Origin: Candidatus Melainabacteria bacterium 17Bon1m
Lineage (GTDB): Bacteria > Cyanobacteriota > Vampirovibrionia > Obscuribacterales > Obscuribacteraceae
Assembly: GCA_032128875.1 (NCBI GenBank)
Contig: JAVLKG010000001.1
Location: forward strand, 32,001-96,000
Direction: 5' to 3'
DNA length: 64,000 nucleotides
Below, piece by piece: positions 60,497-64,000 of this stretch; within the stretch, counting starts at the first letter, position 1; every line of letters begins with the position of its first letter. A program made the position numbers and the translations under genes. The notes under the pieces were generated by a model. It did no database searches, was not told the DNA's origin, and saw nothing but the letters and a program-made list of their open reading frames with translations.

Positions 60497-60946
60497 CTAC
60501 TTCTTCAGAGCTGGCTCTTTCTTCATTGCGTCGATGCGCTTTTGCAATTCTTGGTGGCTCACTGTTTCTTTGTGGGTCGCAATCCACCAGTAGTTGCCCC
60601 ATTGATCTTGCACACCGCCGGAGCGATCGCCATAGAATTGGTCGGCTGGTTTGTGAACGCATGTCGCGCCGTTCTTCAAGGCGCGATGGTATGTAACGTC
60701 AGTATCTTCAACGTAGACATAAATTCCTGCGGGCATTGCTTTATATTCTTCGCACGCTTCGCCGAGCATCAATTTAGAATCTCCGATTCTGATTTCCGCA
60801 TGCGCGATTTTGTCGCCATTACGAAAGCACTCAGTGGTGCTGCCGTCAAAAGTTTTTTCGACGAATTCAATGAACTTGGCTGCATCTTTGACGATCAAGT
60901 AAGGGGTCAGCACATGTTGTCCTTCTGGAATCCACTTCTTTTGCAT
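60497..60946 (-). CDS. VOC/glyoxalase family protein (PhnB-like)
   Basis: LTPYLIV, HAEIRIGDS, DQFYGDRSGGVQDQWGNYWWI. Confidence 0.92.
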   Translation of the reverse strand: MQKKWIPEGQHVLTPYLIVKDAAKFIEFVEKTFDGSTTECFRNGDKIAHAEIRIGDSKLMLGEACEEYKAMPAGIYVYVEDTDVTYHRALKNGATCVHKPADQFYGDRSGGVQDQWGNYWWIATHKETVSHQELQKRIDAMKKEPALKK

Positions 60947-61088
60947 GAGTGATATCTCCTAACTCGAATGCGGTATGGCGAGCAATTGTGCGTCGCCTTA
61001 TGCACAAGAACGGCACCAGCCGCCCAGGTAAGGCGTCATTTTAACCGTTCGTACTACCGTTCGTGTTGCCTGACAACGAGGTTTAACG

Positions 61089-62567
61089 TTAATGCTGGAC
61101 GCCTTCCGAAGTGAGGCTGGCTTCCCAGTCCTCTGGTTCGTAACGCAATCTTTTCGCCTCGAATCGGTCTGCTTCAGCTTCAACTTTGTTTCCCAAGCGG
61201 TCGTTGACGATGGCTCTATGAAAGTATGCGGCGCTAGGGTCATCAGACATTTGCGCTGCCTTTGTGAGGTCTTCGTACGCTTTTTTGTTGTCTCCCAAGA
61301 GGAAATAGCAGACGCCGCGAGTATCTAAAGCGGGCGATAAACTTGGATTTAGTTTCAAAGCTTTATTGCAATCTTCTATGGTTGTTTCCAACTTTCCAAA
61401 ACTTGCATTTATCCACGCGCGGCTGTTGTATGCAGGCGCAAATTTTTGATCAATTTCTAAAGACTTAGCAAGATCTGCAATTGCTCGTTCTCTGTTTCTT
61501 TGTAAGTGGTAGACGTTTGCGCGCGCCCAGTACACTTCCGGTCGATCTGGAAACAAACTTACTAGGGTGTCGCAATCTTTCAGTGCATCATCGAAGCGTT
61601 TCAATTTGACATAAGTGTCGCAGCGCTTCAACAAAATCGTCACGGTTTTAAATCGGTTTGCCGCTGCGTTCAAATAAGGCAGTGCTTCCTGGTACTTGCG
61701 CTGTTTGAGCAAAGGCAAAGCGTCTTGGTAGTCGAGCATAGCGAGAAACTGCGATTTTGATCGAACATTGAAGTATTCTGCACTGGTGCCAAGGATAAGC
61801 GCAGTCAACGAAAGACCAACGACTGCAGCATCTCTTTTGCCCCATGCCGATTTCAGATCTTGGCGGAAGAAGTGCGAAAGTAGAGTTCCGGCGAGAAATC
61901 CGCCCATGTGCGCTGCATTGTCGACGCCTGGAATAAATGCGCCATAAACGCAGCTAAGAACTACTGCGACCATCAGCATCACACGTGCTGGGCGCATAAT
62001 TTCTTTAACTGTAAATCCGCTTCCTAAAATTGAGTGTTCTACGAAACAGCCAAAGAGACCCATAAGCGCGCCTGATGCACCGGCGCTCACGTTGAACGCG
62101 TCCCAAACCAAGCTCGATAGCGAACCTGTAATCCCGGAGATCATATATAGGGCGAACATTCTTCGGCTGCCCAAGAGGTTTTCGACATAGGGACCGAGGT
62201 TGAACAGAACATAGAGATTTACGGCGAGGTGGAAAACGCTCGCATGTAAGAACGTGTTGCTAATGATTCTCCACGGTTCTCCACCTAAGGTGAGAGGACC
62301 ATAGTTTGCGCTCCAATCAATCAGCGTCTGCATTGAAGGATTGATCATCGAGCGAAAATTGGTCATCGCCACGAGCGTGATGAAAACAATCATGTTCGCC
62401 GCGAAAATTGCACCTGTGACTGGCGCTTGCTGCAAAAGCGTCTTAGCTTTCAACCCGCGTTGTGCAATTTCAGATTCAGAAAAGGGTTTACCTGCCTTTG
62501 GCTTCTCCAAAGATCCAGTAACCTTCTGTTCTTCTGTTTGCGATTGAGCCTGTTGCTCGTCGGACAT
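61089..62567 (-). CDS. Rhomboid intramembrane serine protease fused to TPR repeats
   Basis: WR motif, FLHASVFHL, GASG, AHMGGF; about 5 TPRs. Confidence 0.93.
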   Translation of the reverse strand: MSDEQQAQSQTEEQKVTGSLEKPKAGKPFSESEIAQRGLKAKTLLQQAPVTGAIFAANMIVFITLVAMTNFRSMINPSMQTLIDWSANYGPLTLGGEPWRIISNTFLHASVFHLAVNLYVLFNLGPYVENLLGSRRMFALYMISGITGSLSSLVWDAFNVSAGASGALMGLFGCFVEHSILGSGFTVKEIMRPARVMLMVAVVLSCVYGAFIPGVDNAAHMGGFLAGTLLSHFFRQDLKSAWGKRDAAVVGLSLTALILGTSAEYFNVRSKSQFLAMLDYQDALPLLKQRKYQEALPYLNAAANRFKTVTILLKRCDTYVKLKRFDDALKDCDTLVSLFPDRPEVYWARANVYHLQRNRERAIADLAKSLEIDQKFAPAYNSRAWINASFGKLETTIEDCNKALKLNPSLSPALDTRGVCYFLLGDNKKAYEDLTKAAQMSDDPSAAYFHRAIVNDRLGNKVEAEADRFEAKRLRYEPEDWEASLTSEGVQH

Positions 62568-62649
62568 TCGCTGCCTGCCGGGTTCGTGTACAAGGGACGA
62601 TCATATCTGATCGAGGTCAAAGAAAGCGTAAAGATAACACCTCGACGGG

Positions 62650-62679
62650 TTGACAAAAGTGGTAGACGACTGGTCTAAT
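62650..62679 (+). promoter_or_regulatory. Sigma70-like promoter overlapped by a TetR/NemR-like operator
   Basis: TTGACA-18 nt-TCTAAT with extended TG; palindrome TAGAC-GACTG-GTCTA at 62663-62677. Confidence 0.65.
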
Positions 62680-62818
62680 CGAAGGAGCGAATTTGTTATG
62701 GTCTGGCACTGCCCATATTGTCAGTTTCCTATTGGTTTGAAATTTGAGGGATAATCATCCCCTTAAATTGCTGCCGCATTTTCGGCGCCCAATTTGTCAT
62801 TTGTTCGGAGGGAATCGC

Positions 62819-63796
62819 ATGGAATATAGAGACCTAGGTAATTCAGGGCTAAAGGTTTCTGCCGTCGGTTTGGGCTGCATGAGTATGAGCTGGGCGTATG
62901 GAACACCTGATGAGGCTGAAGGAATTCGCACCATCCATCGCGCGCTCGACATTGGAGTTAATTTTCTCGACACGGCTGAAATTTATGGTCCGTACACGAA
63001 TGAAGAACTTGTTGGTAAGGCACTAAAAGGTCGACGCGATAAAGCAATCGTTGCCACCAAATTTGGTTTCAACATTGAAAATGGCGTAGCGAAAGGAGCC
63101 AATAGCCATCCTAAGCACGTTAAGGAAGTTGCGGATGAATCGTTGAGGCGACTTGGTATTGAGCATATCGATCTTTTCTATCAACATCGCGTCGATCCAA
63201 AAATTCCTATTGAAGAAACAGTTGGGGCGATGTCGGAGTTGGTGGAAGCTGGAAAAATCAGATATCTAGGATTGTCTGAAGCTGGGCCCGAGACTCTAAG
63301 ACGCGCGTGCAAAGAACATCAAATATCCGCACTTCAGTCTGAGTATTCGCTGTGGGAAAGAGGATTGGAGGAGCGTATTATTCCTGCGGCTCGTGAGCTT
63401 GGAATTGGTATCGTTGCTTACTCTCCTGTGGGGCGCGGATTTCTCACCGGTGAAATCAAATCGTTCGAAGATATTCCCGAGGACGATTATCGTCGCAGCG
63501 ACCCACGCTACCAGGGCGAAAATTTCAAGAAGAATTTGAAACTAGTCGATCTGGTGAAGAAGGTCGCAAGCAAGCATGGTGCGACAGCAGCTCAAGTCGC
63601 GATTGCTTGGTTGCTGATGGTCGGCAAAGATATCGTTCCGATTCCTGGGACCAAGCGCGTCAAATATCTCGAAGAGAATTCGGCCGCGTTTTCTCTAAAA
63701 CTCGACCAAGAAGATTTAGAAGCTTTAGACACTCTTGCGCAACGTACATCTGGCGAGCGGTATGAACCGCGTCGCATGGCAATGATTGAGAGATAA
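62819..63796 (+). CDS. Aldo/keto reductase
   Basis: [44 protein letters not shown]. Confidence 0.96.
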   Translation: MEYRDLGNSGLKVSAVGLGCMSMSWAYGTPDEAEGIRTIHRALDIGVNFLDTAEIYGPYTNEELVGKALKGRRDKAIVATKFGFNIENGVAKGANSHPKHVKEVADESLRRLGIEHIDLFYQHRVDPKIPIEETVGAMSELVEAGKIRYLGLSEAGPETLRRACKEHQISALQSEYSLWERGLEERIIPAARELGIGIVAYSPVGRGFLTGEIKSFEDIPEDDYRRSDPRYQGENFKKNLKLVDLVKKVASKHGATAAQVAIAWLLMVGKDIVPIPGTKRVKYLEENSAAFSLKLDQEDLEALDTLAQRTSGERYEPRRMAMIER

Positions 63797-63846
63797 GAAT
63801 TCGAACCGCGCCGCAAGGCACTTATTTAAAACAACACGAAGAGGTT

Positions 63847-64000
63847 ATGAAAATGGAATTTAGACAACTTGGACGTTCGGGGTTGAAAGTGCCGGTGTTG
63901 AGCTTTGGTGCTGCCACATTCGGTGGCAATACTGAGCTTTTCAATGCTTGGGGACAAACAGATGTGAAAGAAGCGACTCGCATGGTCGACTTCTGTCTCG
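63847..64000 (+). CDS. Second aldo/keto reductase, truncated by the window edge
   Basis: MKMEFRQLGRSGLKVPVLSFGAATFGG after GAGG. Confidence 0.88.
   Translation, partial: MKMEFRQLGRSGLKVPVLSFGAATFGGNTELFNAWGQTDVKEATRMVDFCL

Overview
A gene-dense chromosomal window of about 50% GC with no rRNA, tRNA, CRISPR array, integrase or transposase that I can see. It has a clear RpaA orthologue, cyanobacterial-like dnaX/recR/plsY/der, a membrane Ser/Thr kinase with an LRR ectodomain, and no photosynthesis genes. I therefore infer a non-photosynthetic relative of Cyanobacteria (Melainabacteria/Vampirovibrionia, Obscuribacter-like); this is not proven. Housekeeping genes (proS, plsY, der, acyP, dnaX, dxs, recR, ybaB) are mixed with signalling and envelope loci: three histidine kinases, three response regulators, an MBOAT with three SGNH-like partners, two VIT-vWA paralogues (one frameshifted), three LRV-repeat paralogues and a MacAB-TolC-type exporter. 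The strongest unexplained signal lies upstream of proS. It is a 19-codon proline-rich leader ORF (MHTHVTFGPPPSPRPRTTG, using all four Pro codons) behind a sigma70-like promoter, with mutually exclusive terminator and antiterminator pairings, which makes it a candidate Pro-tRNA-sensing ribosomal attenuator. Other notable items are an internally duplicated histidine kinase with complementary degenerate halves, a recurring intergenic GGG(A/T)AAACCC motif, a 36-bp palindrome next to four 22-bp repeats, and a CPYC mini-ORF with a NemR-like operator upstream of aldo/keto reductases.
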